A stretch of 64,000 nt of DNA. Origin: Lingula anatina. Its lineage: Eukaryota > Animalia > Brachiopoda. The stretch covers positions 41,270,788 to 41,334,787 of the forward strand of contig CM120640.1 of assembly GCA_051362555.1 (NCBI GenBank), given 5' to 3'. The position numbers were made by a program, and so were the translations under genes. Below are positions 39,701-51,700 of this stretch, piece after piece. Position 1 is the first letter of the stretch; every line of letters starts with the position of its first letter. The notes beneath the pieces were generated by a model. That model ran no database searches and was not told the origin of the DNA. It was given only the letters and a program-made list of their open reading frames with translations.

Positions 39701-42700
39701 GAGAAGAACTGAACTACAGTATTTATTTCTTTACTTTTTTATTTAAAAATATAGTCTTCACAGTCCACTGTCACACTTACTCATATTATCCAGTGATATA
39801 TATATCCAGGATATTGGTAATTCATCATCAGCCAAAAGACATTGCATGGTGCATGCCATCTTTTATGTTCAAACACATGGAACAAAGGTTTTGTCCTGGT
39901 GATGACTTGTGATTTATTCTTTTCATCTTTCTTGAGAGTACCATATGTACTGGTTGTACAGTGTATTTTGGTCTGACCTGTTTTCCATCCTTTTGTTATC
40001 TTGAACATAATTTCAATTGCCGTATTAGTTCTTAAGGGCAGTGTTACTCTCACTGAGATAACTTAAGGTTTTGGGGCCATAGGGGACACATTGGTGACAG
40101 GCCGCGCTGGGATTATCGCTGACAGAAAAGCTGCTTTGTCAAATTGAATTTGTTATTTGAGGATGACAGGGACACGTTTGTTTTAATTAGGTAGGTTATT
40201 TTTTAACCAGGTTTCTGTAGGGAGTGGGAACAGACACCTCGCTGAGATAATTAAACTGTTAAGTGTATTACAGTGAAAGGAATGTTGTTGACCTATAGCA
40301 GTAGATGAGGTTAGCATGCTGGGTGCCAGTGCCAAGTCTTCTAGCTTTGCTACACTGTCTTCATCTGAAACTATCAATTGACCAGTCATTCCACTTAGTA
40401 GATCTATATTTAGGTTTGGGTGTTTTTTGGTGCAGGGATGCTCACATTTGCCATCAACACCCTAGCATCAAATTTTAAACCAAGTTTGTCTGAAGTAATT
40501 TATTTTAAACCTAATTGATTTTTGGCATTTGGGTAAAATTTGAATATAGCTCCAAATATGTTCTTTGGTGCCTTTTTATTGTGTTGTAATGAATTAAAAC
40601 CAACAAACACTTTTTATGAGAAAATAAGAAGCCTTATTAGAGAGAGCAAGCAACATATAATGATGTGTGTTGAAAATCATTGAAGATGGATGTAGTGGTT
40701 TTCAATGTGTGAGGTTCATAACCTTGCCCAGTTTGAAATGTTCTCAGCTGTACCTCCAGATGACCACAGGCCAGTAATGTGGCCACACTGTAAGAGTGGA
40801 CACAGGTGTGAAAGGGTATTCTGACCTGCACTGACCTACACACTCATCTATTACCTGTTAATGTCCTCTTAAAACTATATCCTATGATTATTGTAGTCCA
40901 TTTTATGATGAGGTATGGGTTCTGTTGCTTTCCCATGCTAATGCAATGAAGTCTTCTGTGCCATGCCATGATGTTTTCCATCGTTTTGCCCTCTTGGCCT
41001 GTTGGTTTTCCTCATATAGCCAGCAAAGCTTGGAGCAACTATCTCACACTGATAGAAGAGTTAGATGACCACTAGACCTAGGGCTGTGTCCTGATATTCT
41101 TCTTAATTGTGGGATGTGAAGAGAGGCTGGGATAAATTTATTTTTATTTGGGATTCCAATCAAAATGTGATATTTTCTTTTATCTATTATAGAATGATCA
41201 AAGATTTAGCCAATATAACAACTTTGATATATCTGCTGAAATTTTGTATATGCTCCGACTGGTTTCTTATTTTTTCCTGTTATGTCTTAGCTCCTTCAGT
41301 CATATCACTCTGCCAGTAGGGAATTGATATTTTATGAGTAAAGGAAAACTAATTGCATTTTCATGTTATTTGAACTTTCTTTCTAACCCCTTTGAGATGC
41401 TTCAGCCTATGCCTCGTACTTGGGCTTTAACAGAATTAAATGCGACTTCATTGTTTTTGATACTTTGATACAATTTTACAGTGAAATGCCACCTCTAAGT
41501 TGATAAACAATCAAATCATGGAAATGGTTTCCAGATTGAATGGTTAGGCTTTTAGAGAAACAGATGGTAGTGTTACATCTGATAGTAAAAATAGCAGCAT
41601 TACTCAAAGATGCACTGAGTGTACATACACCTGCTTAATTTCATTATATATTGTTAAAGTTTTATGTTAATGTTCCATGTTTGACATCATTTAAGCCGTA
41701 ACTGGTAATTATTTGTAGGTGTATCCTTTTCAGAAGACATATTGCTGAACATAATGAACAGATGAAAGATGAAATGTTGATTAAGGTCTTATCCACACCC
41801 CCAATCCCTGTCAAAAATCAACTAATTTAAAACTGTTTGTAGTTGCCATTAAGTGTTCACAATAACTAATAGGCAGGTTGTTTCACAGACGTATAAAGTC
41901 TGTACTTTACTGGTCTGAATGGCTACATAGTAAGCCAGATCTGCAGGTGCGATGGCTTTAATAACTTGTGATACATTATTTTTTGTGATTATTTTTATGA
42001 AACATTAGCATAAGTAAAAACTACAAGCCTCTTTGTATTTCCAGGACCTCCAAACTGAGATAGATTCCCACCAGTATGCCTTTGAGAAACTAAACGGCAC
42101 GGGACATCAGCTGGTCAGAAACCTAGAGCCAGATGAGGCTTCCACACTGCAAAGAAGATTAGAAGAAATGAATCAAAGGTGGATCAAACTGCAGAACAAA
42201 TCCTTAGAAATCAGGTGAGAAATCAGTTTAAGGTTTTTAATGGAATATAAAATATTATAATGGTACAATATACAGACTTTGAAATTAGAATCTCAAAATT
42301 TTGAACTTCTTAATTGATATGTTTTAATGGTGGCTTGTTTGGTAGTAATTAAGGCTAAAATAATGGTTTAAGAAGGGCAGTGAGAACAGACATGTACAAT
42401 TATATTAATGATCTTGTCTCACAATGTTGAAGGTCTCGTCTGGAGAGTAATGCTGAACAGTGGAGTAAACTGGTGAAGAGTTTACAGCACCTGATAGACT
42501 GGGTGACTGCCCAACACCAGGAGCTGGTCAGACAACAACCCATAGGGGGAGATGTCACACTCGTCCAGCAGCAGGCCAGGGACCAGCAGGTGAGTGGTCA
42601 CTGGAGACCTCTGTCCTCATACTGGACACCATTAAGGCTGAGGACTCTTGGCTGTCTTAATTAAAAATGTGACCTCTTCCAAAAATGGTGGTCATTGAAA

Positions 42701-45700
42701 GAAATGGTGTCATACAAGTCATTAATCTCATTTTTTGAATGCATAGATCATGGCTTTTGGAAACTAAATATAATATTGGATGAGTGTAGCCATTAGGCTT
42801 CTTATCAGGACAGATACATTAACAATGGGTGTGTGCCAATACTAGCTCTCTTGTGATTGTCTTATAATCAAATTAAGTGCATGAACAGTATTGGATTTCT
42901 GTCTACTCATGGAAAAGAGAAGATGATGTTCAATTATCTGAGAAATAGTGTGCAAATTAATACCCCCTGTGTATTAGGGCTTTGGTGACAAGATTATAAT
43001 TATATACTTCATATAATATTATCAAACAAATGTTTTCACTTTTATTTTAAATAGAGTGGTTAGTTTTGTTTCTAAGAATGTGTTTCTAAAGACGAATTGA
43101 AGTGAGTGAAACAGACATAAATTAAATGTCTTCAAATGGCCATTATGTCAACTGAGTTATTTGTGATGGTGTTTTTAGGAGTTAAAGCGTAGACTGGAAG
43201 AGAAGAGGCCAGTGATAGAGCACAGCTTACATACAGGCAGACTATATCTACAGGAAGATGGAGAAGACAAACGCCTCAGTGCAGACAGTGGTGAAGGCAG
43301 TGACCTCTCAGGTGTGTAAATAATACCCTACGTAATCTCCTCTTGTGATCTGCTCTCTCTCATGATAATTTAGAATACAATTTCGTTAAGCAATTCAGTA
43401 CCTTACAGTTGAATGTGTTACATGTAGGTAGAAGATTAGGGTATTCAAAAAGAAATTATATATACTGTTTCTTTCTAGAAGATGAAAAAGAAAGGACAGC
43501 AGAACAAGAAGCTAGGCATTTAATTCGCAGCATACGCCGCTATGTCAGAATTTTGACCAAAAAATGGACAGAAATTAATCAAGCCTCCAATGAATGGCAA
43601 GCCATCGTAGATGAAGTGTTAGAGGTAAGTTTGAAATGTTTAAATTAAATATATTTGTAACATTTGTCTTGACATCAGTGAAATACAGGAATTTCTGGTT
43701 AGCCATGCATGTTTGATTAAGTTATGTTCTCTAGTTTTGTGGAACTAAAATGTACTTATTTTACCACCCAGCGTATGGTTGTCTTCCATACTGCATTGGA
43801 CGGTCTTGCCAGTCGTCTGCAGGACTTAGAAAGGGAAAAGGCAAGGTGGACACCTGTAGGGGATGTTATTGTGGACTCCTTACAACAGGAAGTGGACCAA
43901 ATAAAGGTACTACTTGTTACAAAAATGTTCTTTGAATATCCATATTTTTATAGAAAATTGATGATTCAATAAGTAAACAATAGCTTGCACAAACCTTTGT
44001 TTTGGTTTGTTTGTCTCTCTTTTCAATTCCAAGTAGAATTGCCATAAGAAGTTACAAGAAAAAAGTCTGATGGATTGTATTGGTTTGTTATTTAACTTTA
44101 TTCTTTTTCTTTTCATCAGGCTTTTGAGTTACGGATAGCCCCTAACCAAGGCCAGATAGATTACGTCAATGACCTTGCCAACCAGTTCCATGCTCAGCGT
44201 GTTGTCTTGTCACATATCAATGTCAATAAGCTAGAAGATTTAAATGCAAGGTAAAACATAATAAATTGGACAATTGATGAGGCCAAATAACATCTACAAA
44301 TTATCAAAAAGGAGTGTTGGTTTTCAGAGAGACAAGGACTCATTTGTATTTAATAATATCAGAAAATGGACTTATAGATGCAGTATTGCAAGAACAAATC
44401 ACCCAACATCCAAAGAAACAGAACCTGCAAAATTGTTTATCTAAACAGTTTTAATAAATAATGGTTGCTATATAAATATGTTTGAAATATTGTAGGTTAC
44501 TATGCTGTCAATATATTGTTTTTGTTCTGCCTGACATAGTGAGAGAGGGGAATTGTCATTATTTCCACGTCATACACAGTACGACAAACTGCTCAGTTTC
44601 CACTCCTCTGTTTAAACATTACTGCTTTTCCATTACAGGTGGAAAGCTTTACAGGAAGCAACAGAAGACAGACATAAACAGCTTCAGGAAGCCTTACGAG
44701 ATTTTGGACCAAATTCACAACATTTCCTCTCAGGTATAAAACAGGAAATTGAGCACACATGCAGATGTAGATATGCTCTTTCTTGAAATACTTTTAATAC
44801 AGTAGTGACATGGAGCTATTCTTGCTTTGCCTGTGAATATTTTTTACACCGTCATCATGAGTATGTATAACATTTGTGAGCAATTTCTGTTATCATTTCA
44901 CAGAAAATATGTGAGAGGTGTGTGTATTTGTGTGATAAGCCCTTGTAATTTTATCTTTCAGTTATGTATAGTATATTTTGTCTGTTATTTATTATATATA
45001 TTATATATACAATTAGTGCTTTTTATGTTCCAGCATCTGTAGAACACCCCTGGGAACGAGCTGTAGCAGGGAATAAAGTGCCTTACTATATCAAGTAAGT
45101 GAATGTTAGCTAAATAACTAGGGACTATTGGCATTTATACCTGCTTTGTGATTCTTAGAACTTTTTGCCAATTTCTGAAAATCAGCCAAAGCACATAAAA
45201 TGCAACACACTAGAATTTGTAAAATTTGAAGGGATGGCTGCTATTTACATGTTGTTCTAGATAAAAGTTTTTTTTTTTTTTTTTTTTTTTTGTATTTTAT
45301 ACATTGTGTTTTATTATTATCCAGTCATACCACAGAAACCACCACTTGGGATCACCCAGTAATGGCACAGCAAATGCAGAATATCACAGAACTAAATGAT
45401 GTCCGCTTCTCTGCGTACAGGACAGCCATGAAACTGAGGGCAATGCAGAAAAGGCTGTGTCGTAAGTAGAGAGCACTTCTGTACTAAATAAATACACTCA
45501 TTTTGCATTGAAGATGTGTGCATTGTCTGTGCTCAGTCTCTTTAAATGATTGTCATTACGTGAAATCAATTATAGTTTGAATAATGTAAGAATGTTTCAA
45601 AATTATCCAGTTAAGATGATTAATAATAAAAGACATTGTTTAAAACTGGAGATAAAAACGTCAAACCTCATTAGCTTAACTCTGTATAAAAGAAAAGATG

Positions 45701-48700
45701 GACAAGAACCACAATTTGATTAGTTTGTTTTGAATACCAAAACTCCCCTTGGCTGTTTTGTTCCACATGGCCAGAAATAATTTAGAAATGGGAGAAAAAC
45801 TTTGTCAAAGGTGATAAATTCTCATTGCTTTTCTATTGCAGTTGACCTGGTCAGCCTTAATGTTGTGATAGATGCTTTCGACAGTCACGACCTTCGTGCT
45901 CAAAATGACCGGCTGATGGACGTGATGGAGATCATAAACTGCTTGACTAGTATGTACGAGTCCATCCTGGAGGAACATCCTAACCTAGTCAATGTGCCAT
46001 TATGTGTGGATCTGGTGCTCAATTGGTTGCTCAATGTTTACGACATGTAAGTCACTAAAAGACATTTGCCAATAAAAATTTGATTTAAGATGCATTTATA
46101 AAAATGAAATGCACTTATGAAATAGAGTATACCTTATAAGTTGTTCTCACAGAAATTATATATTTGTGCTGCTTTAGTCCTCATATCTTTGGTTATTGTT
46201 ACAGTATTTTTATTTGATATATTGGATAGTAATAAGTCTGTTGATTTCAGAGCCCGTGGTGGAAAGATCCGGGTCTTGTCTTTCAAAGTTGGTATTGTGT
46301 TGATGTGCAAAGCTCATCTAGAGGATAAGTACAGATGTGAGTTTCCTTTTTTTTTTTGTGTGTGTAAGAAGTATTTGCTCATGGATTTAATGATTAGAAA
46401 AACTTTTCTTCATGACATACCCAATTTTATATGTGATAATTAGAAAACATTTCTATAAAATGGTACATATCTTAAAAGTGTGCATTTATGAAATCTAATC
46501 ATCCTATTTGAGACCATCTGTTTTTAGTTCTCATGCTTTTTTCATGGTTTCAGACATCTTCCGTTTGGTCGCTGATGCAAATGGTCTAGTAGACCAGCGT
46601 AACCTGGGTTTACTTCTACACGACTGTTTGCAAATTCCCCGTCAGCTTGGCGAAGTGGCTGCTTTTGGTGGAAGTAACATAGAACCTAGTGTTAGGAGCT
46701 GTTTTGAGAAGGTAAAACCAAGTTACATATCTGTCAGTAAACCTAAAAGGTTAATCTATCATTAATTCATTATTTTAAATACAGCTTGTGCTTACTTCTC
46801 TTTGAAGTGAACTTAATTAAGTAGAGCATAAGTTGTTAACTTGTCATCATCATTAGTACTTATGGTCGGTTGAATTCTCCGTGTTAATTCCATCCTGTAG
46901 TCTAATGGTAAGAATGAGGTGCAAGCGTCCCACTTCCTTGACTGGCTAAAGATGGAGCCACAGTCCATGGTCTGGCTCCCTGTGCTGTATCGCCTGGCCG
47001 CTGCTGAAACTGCCAAACATCAAGCCAAGTGCAATATCTGTAAGGATTACCCAATCATTGGATTAAGGTAAGATTTAATTACAATTGTTCATCAGTCTTT
47101 CCTGTTTTTTCTACTTTTAAATATAATGACAGTGTGAAGATTTGAAGATAACAAACATGTGGTCTTTAGATTTATGGATGTGTTCACATTGTATTAAAAG
47201 ATAAGTGAGGAATATAAGACAAGTTTGTATCAGTTAATGTCATACAGCTATTGACAAGTAATATGGTTGCTTTTTCTTGGTAAATAAGATATTGTTTTTA
47301 AGTGGTTTTGTTTGTATTTTTTAGATACCGCTGTTTAAGGTGCTTCAATTTTGACTTGTGTCAGACCTGTTTCTTCTCTGGAAGAAAAGCCAAAGGCCAT
47401 AAACTCACCCACCCTATGCAGGAATATTGCACAGCAGTAAGTCTAACTCCTGTTTCATTATCTATTTTGTCCTTTTGTCACAGAATCGGTCAAAAGATTA
47501 TTCATGGAGGTTATATTTGGGAGTCTCTGATGTGATAATTTGAATAAACCAGAAATGGGGAGTAATCAGCTTTACAAGAGAGAAAAATTAAGAGTAATAG
47601 TCCATGATCTAAATGAATGTAGTCACTGATGTGTAATTTTGGTCAATTATCTGGATAATTCATTGTATCACAAGGGATTTATTTTGTCTTTTAGAATTTG
47701 AATTACAAACATTCATTGATAACTATTTTGGTCAGAAAGAAATTCTGTGCCATTGTTTTCTGAGTGTAGGCTGTTAACTGTGAAAAGACTCATCTATCAC
47801 ATTGTACGCTCAAAGATTTGCTGCCTGATAAGTGGCCAGTAATGTGATCATTGTCTTAGTACAACTTAGCTGTATTGATTGTAGCAGGGATACCATTAGG
47901 ATGAGTGGTTTCTGGCCCTGGCACTCGGCATACGCTTGGAGTCAGGAAGAAACAGTTTTCCCAGAAGAGAGCAAAAAATCAAGTTTTAAGCTGCTCCAGT
48001 TTGAATGTGATATTACATGATGTTTAAGTTCAAGCTTGGCTGGGAAATAGGATATGTTTGTGATATAAGATATTGTTTAACTTTTTTCAAAACATACCCT
48101 GTTGTATTTTTACAAATATAACTCATGATGGGATTAGTAGAAAATTAAGAAGGCACTTATCAGGTGCTGTTCAAACAAATCCTGGTAGCTGGATTAGATG
48201 TTTGTGTTAAGCTTAGCATACTCCCAAGTTCCATCATATATAATCAATATTAAAGTTCACACAAAGTATATGGTTACAACATATCTTAGGACTGATGACC
48301 TTTTACTATCTATAATTGTCAAAGTCTCAGTTGTGCCTTATGTTGAAATCGATATTCAATTACTGTATATTAACATCATTAGAAGTGCTGTGGGGATTTT
48401 AGCATTATAAAATTGAGCAATAGAAAATTCACTTTACATTTTCTACCAAAATGCTACTTTTTCTTTATATAGAGGCTATGTATGGCATACTATACCCCAT
48501 AATACATGGTAAAAGATAAACAAAATTTACTCCATGCAGTAGGTGTATATAATATACCCAGTATATCTATATATTCATGGTAGTTGGCTTAAGTGGACTA
48601 AGGCTTTCCTGTAACAATTTGTGCAAATAATGCTTGCTGCTGTATTGAGTTGATATCGATGTTATTTCTGTCTTTTTCCTAGTAGCTAAGAATGGCAGAT

Positions 48701-51700
48701 TGGCCAGTAGGTAGAACTTTTATTTCCTTGATAAATTTCCTGTGATTTTTTTTTTTTTTTTTTAGTGCAAAGTGCTACGGAAGTTGGCCATTGAGCAGAC
48801 TAGACTCTGCAATAAGATAGGGTTATCAGAGCATGCAGAAATACCATTGCTCAGTGTCTTGTGTTTATTTGCAGACAACATCTGGGGAGGATGTGAGAGA
48901 TTTCTCTCGAGTGTTAAAGAACAAGTTGCGATCAAAACGCTATTTCAAGAAGCATCCAAGACTCGGCTATCTTCCTGTACAAACAGTATTAGAAGGCGAT
49001 AATCTGGAGAGGTAAGTCTTCAGTTGCAGTTTTTTAATATATGATAAAAAAAATGAATAAATTCTAGTTCAGTGTTAGCAAAAACATCAGCAGGTTTGAT
49101 AGGTTCTGAATTAATCCCTTTTCAAAACAAACCAACGTGAACATGTTACACGGAAAGGGCTTTTATTCACAAATGATATAGAGATGTCCAATTTTGAAAT
49201 CAATTCAGATATTGATGTTAGGCAGTTAATGCCATCACCATCCAGCAGCTCTGCGTTGTAATGGAGTGCCTGCATTACCTGGTAATGATGTTTTTACCTG
49301 ACAGCTGAAGTAAAGAAACTGATTATCCAATTTCAACAAGAGATTCGTTGCATGTAGGTCTGCAAATGTCATAAGTCTACAGTTAATCAACAATAGAGAG
49401 GTTTTTCAATTGAAGTCCAATTAGGGGTTCAGTTTGGGTGAATTGCTAGGCAAAGTTGGAAATGCATGTATATGCATAGAGCATACCTCTATGTGTATAC
49501 ACATGTGATAACCTGCAACTAGTTAACAATTATTTTAAGGAAAGAAAGATGTACCTTTTGAAAATTGTAAAATGAATAAGATGGGACATTTTACCATTTC
49601 TCTATTAATTTTTTTTATTTATTGATGTTTTCACCTTCTGTAAATGACTCATGGTCCCTAGTGTCTGTAAATCCTGTTTTGACACTTTTGCTCCCACGCA
49701 AGACACATTTCCACATGAGACTCAGTAAACAGTATTGACTCTTGAGAAAACCCTGTGTGGCCTCCTGTTCTTTATGTGTCAGGGAAGTTTGTTGTTAGTT
49801 ATGTGGTAAGGTAATGCATTCTGAGTATAGTCCTGTCTCAGCCGTGGGATGGCTGCACTTAGCGACTGATTACTAGGATATTGTGTGACTGTACAGGCTA
49901 GAGAATGACTCGAATTCATTGAGCTTTTTCTCAACGGAAAAAGATCAGAAGCTCTCACAATCTCAGTATTGCAGGCATTTTAGCAGTTCATGGCAGCTGT
50001 TTCGTGAGATATAGACATAAATGATTAGTGGGGTGTCTATTTGCTCTGTTTAAGAATTGTGAATTGACTGATCTTCCAGCATCTGGAATAAAACTCTGTG
50101 CAGTTGTGATTAACTTGTCTTCTTAGCAGACACATGTCACTGTTACACTGTTGTTGTTACAGCCCGTCGCCGTCTTCTCCACAGCACACGTCAAGAGAGA
50201 TGCACCAGCGACTGGAACTCTATGCAAGCAGGTAAGCCATAAGTAGCTTCAGTTGGTGATAACAGCTGTTTCTAGAGTTACTGAAGCATAGTTTAACACT
50301 CTAGACACTTGCTTTCTAGCTGTGAGTCCAGATAACGAAATAAGCAGACCAGAATTATATTTAATGAACTCACAGTTCTTAGTTATGTGCAGTTATATTA
50401 TGGGAAAAATGTGATGCATTGATGGTACAATTTGTTATGATGAATATGGATGTGGCTGGCCTTCTTGCAATATGTTAAGTTGCTTTACTTGGTTATAATT
50501 GTGTTGCCGATTTTTTTTGTCTTAAAAAAAACCCAAGGCTGCATGAAAAGATGGATCACTGTGGCTTTTCAACAGTATCTCTTTGATTACCGTGGCTTGT
50601 TTCATTTTCAGTCCCTCTTCCATTGCATCATCCCAAAATACCTCCCAAGAGATTCACCCACGCCTGGAACTGTATGCCAGCAGGTAAACACAGCGCCATC
50701 TACTGAACAAACTCCAAACAATGCAGCTTCCCAGTGGGAAATAATTGACCATTCTGTTTTTTCATTCATGATTCTTTTAATTGTTTATGGGTGTTATTTT
50801 ATGCTGTGCAAGGAATAATGGTATGGCTCTCTTGTCCAGTGTGCATGAATATTAGACATATTATGGATGAGTTTTGTTATTAATGCAGCTTTTTCATTAT
50901 CATGATTTTGTTTTGTTTGTTGTTGATTTTGTGAAATGCTAACAGACTTACCTTGGATTTCATTATTTTTAGACTGGCAGAAGTTGAGCAACGGCAGCAG
51001 AGTTCTACACCAGAATCGTAAGTTGATCTTAATTGTGCATCTAAGCTTGAGAATAACTTGGCTATACTAGTGTGACTTTTTGTGATTGTGTTTTTTTTTT
51101 ATTTTTATTTTTCTTTAAATGTTTTTGTTGCTTTTGCAGGGAAGATGAACATCACTTAATAGCTCAGTATTGCCAAAGCCTCAATGGGGACACGCCAACT
51201 CACACAGTAAGTACTTTGGCGCAAAATGTGCATTTCATTTTTGTACATTTTTCATAGAATGTGCATTGGTCATTGCTTTGAGACTTCTTTCCATATTATG
51301 ATGATATTATTTACCAGTCTGTGTCTTTTAGTTTTTATTGTCTTTTTGGTAATTGAACAATGTTTAGTTAGGAGTGCTTTGATCAGTATGAGTGTTTTCT
51401 TTAGTTACAAAGGCTAAATATATCTTTCGACTTCCATGTATTATCGTTTGTCACAAATTTCCAGTGCTGTTTTTGTGGTAGTAATATCTTTTCATGCCAT
51501 CACCGCAATCTCAGCTGCAAAAAAAATGTCTGAACAGTAATAACCTTGTTTGCATGTATTTTTTTCAAATGCCTCATTGAAGTCTTGAAATACAGCCTTA
51601 AAGCAGCATGCAGGATAATTTCAATATTATTATTATATGCATATTTCTTTTCTGAAACTGCTAAAACCTTTAACTACAAATTATTATTTTGTCATATACT

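Noticed and set aside
45095-45324. Dp71-type first exon in intron 62
   Set aside because: The intron is only 230 nt, largely T-rich, with no ATG-to-donor segment in the required phase.
49012-50162. Equivalent of human 39-nt exon 71
   Set aside because: The only AG...GT candidate seen (~49783-49810) has an in-frame stop and the wrong length.
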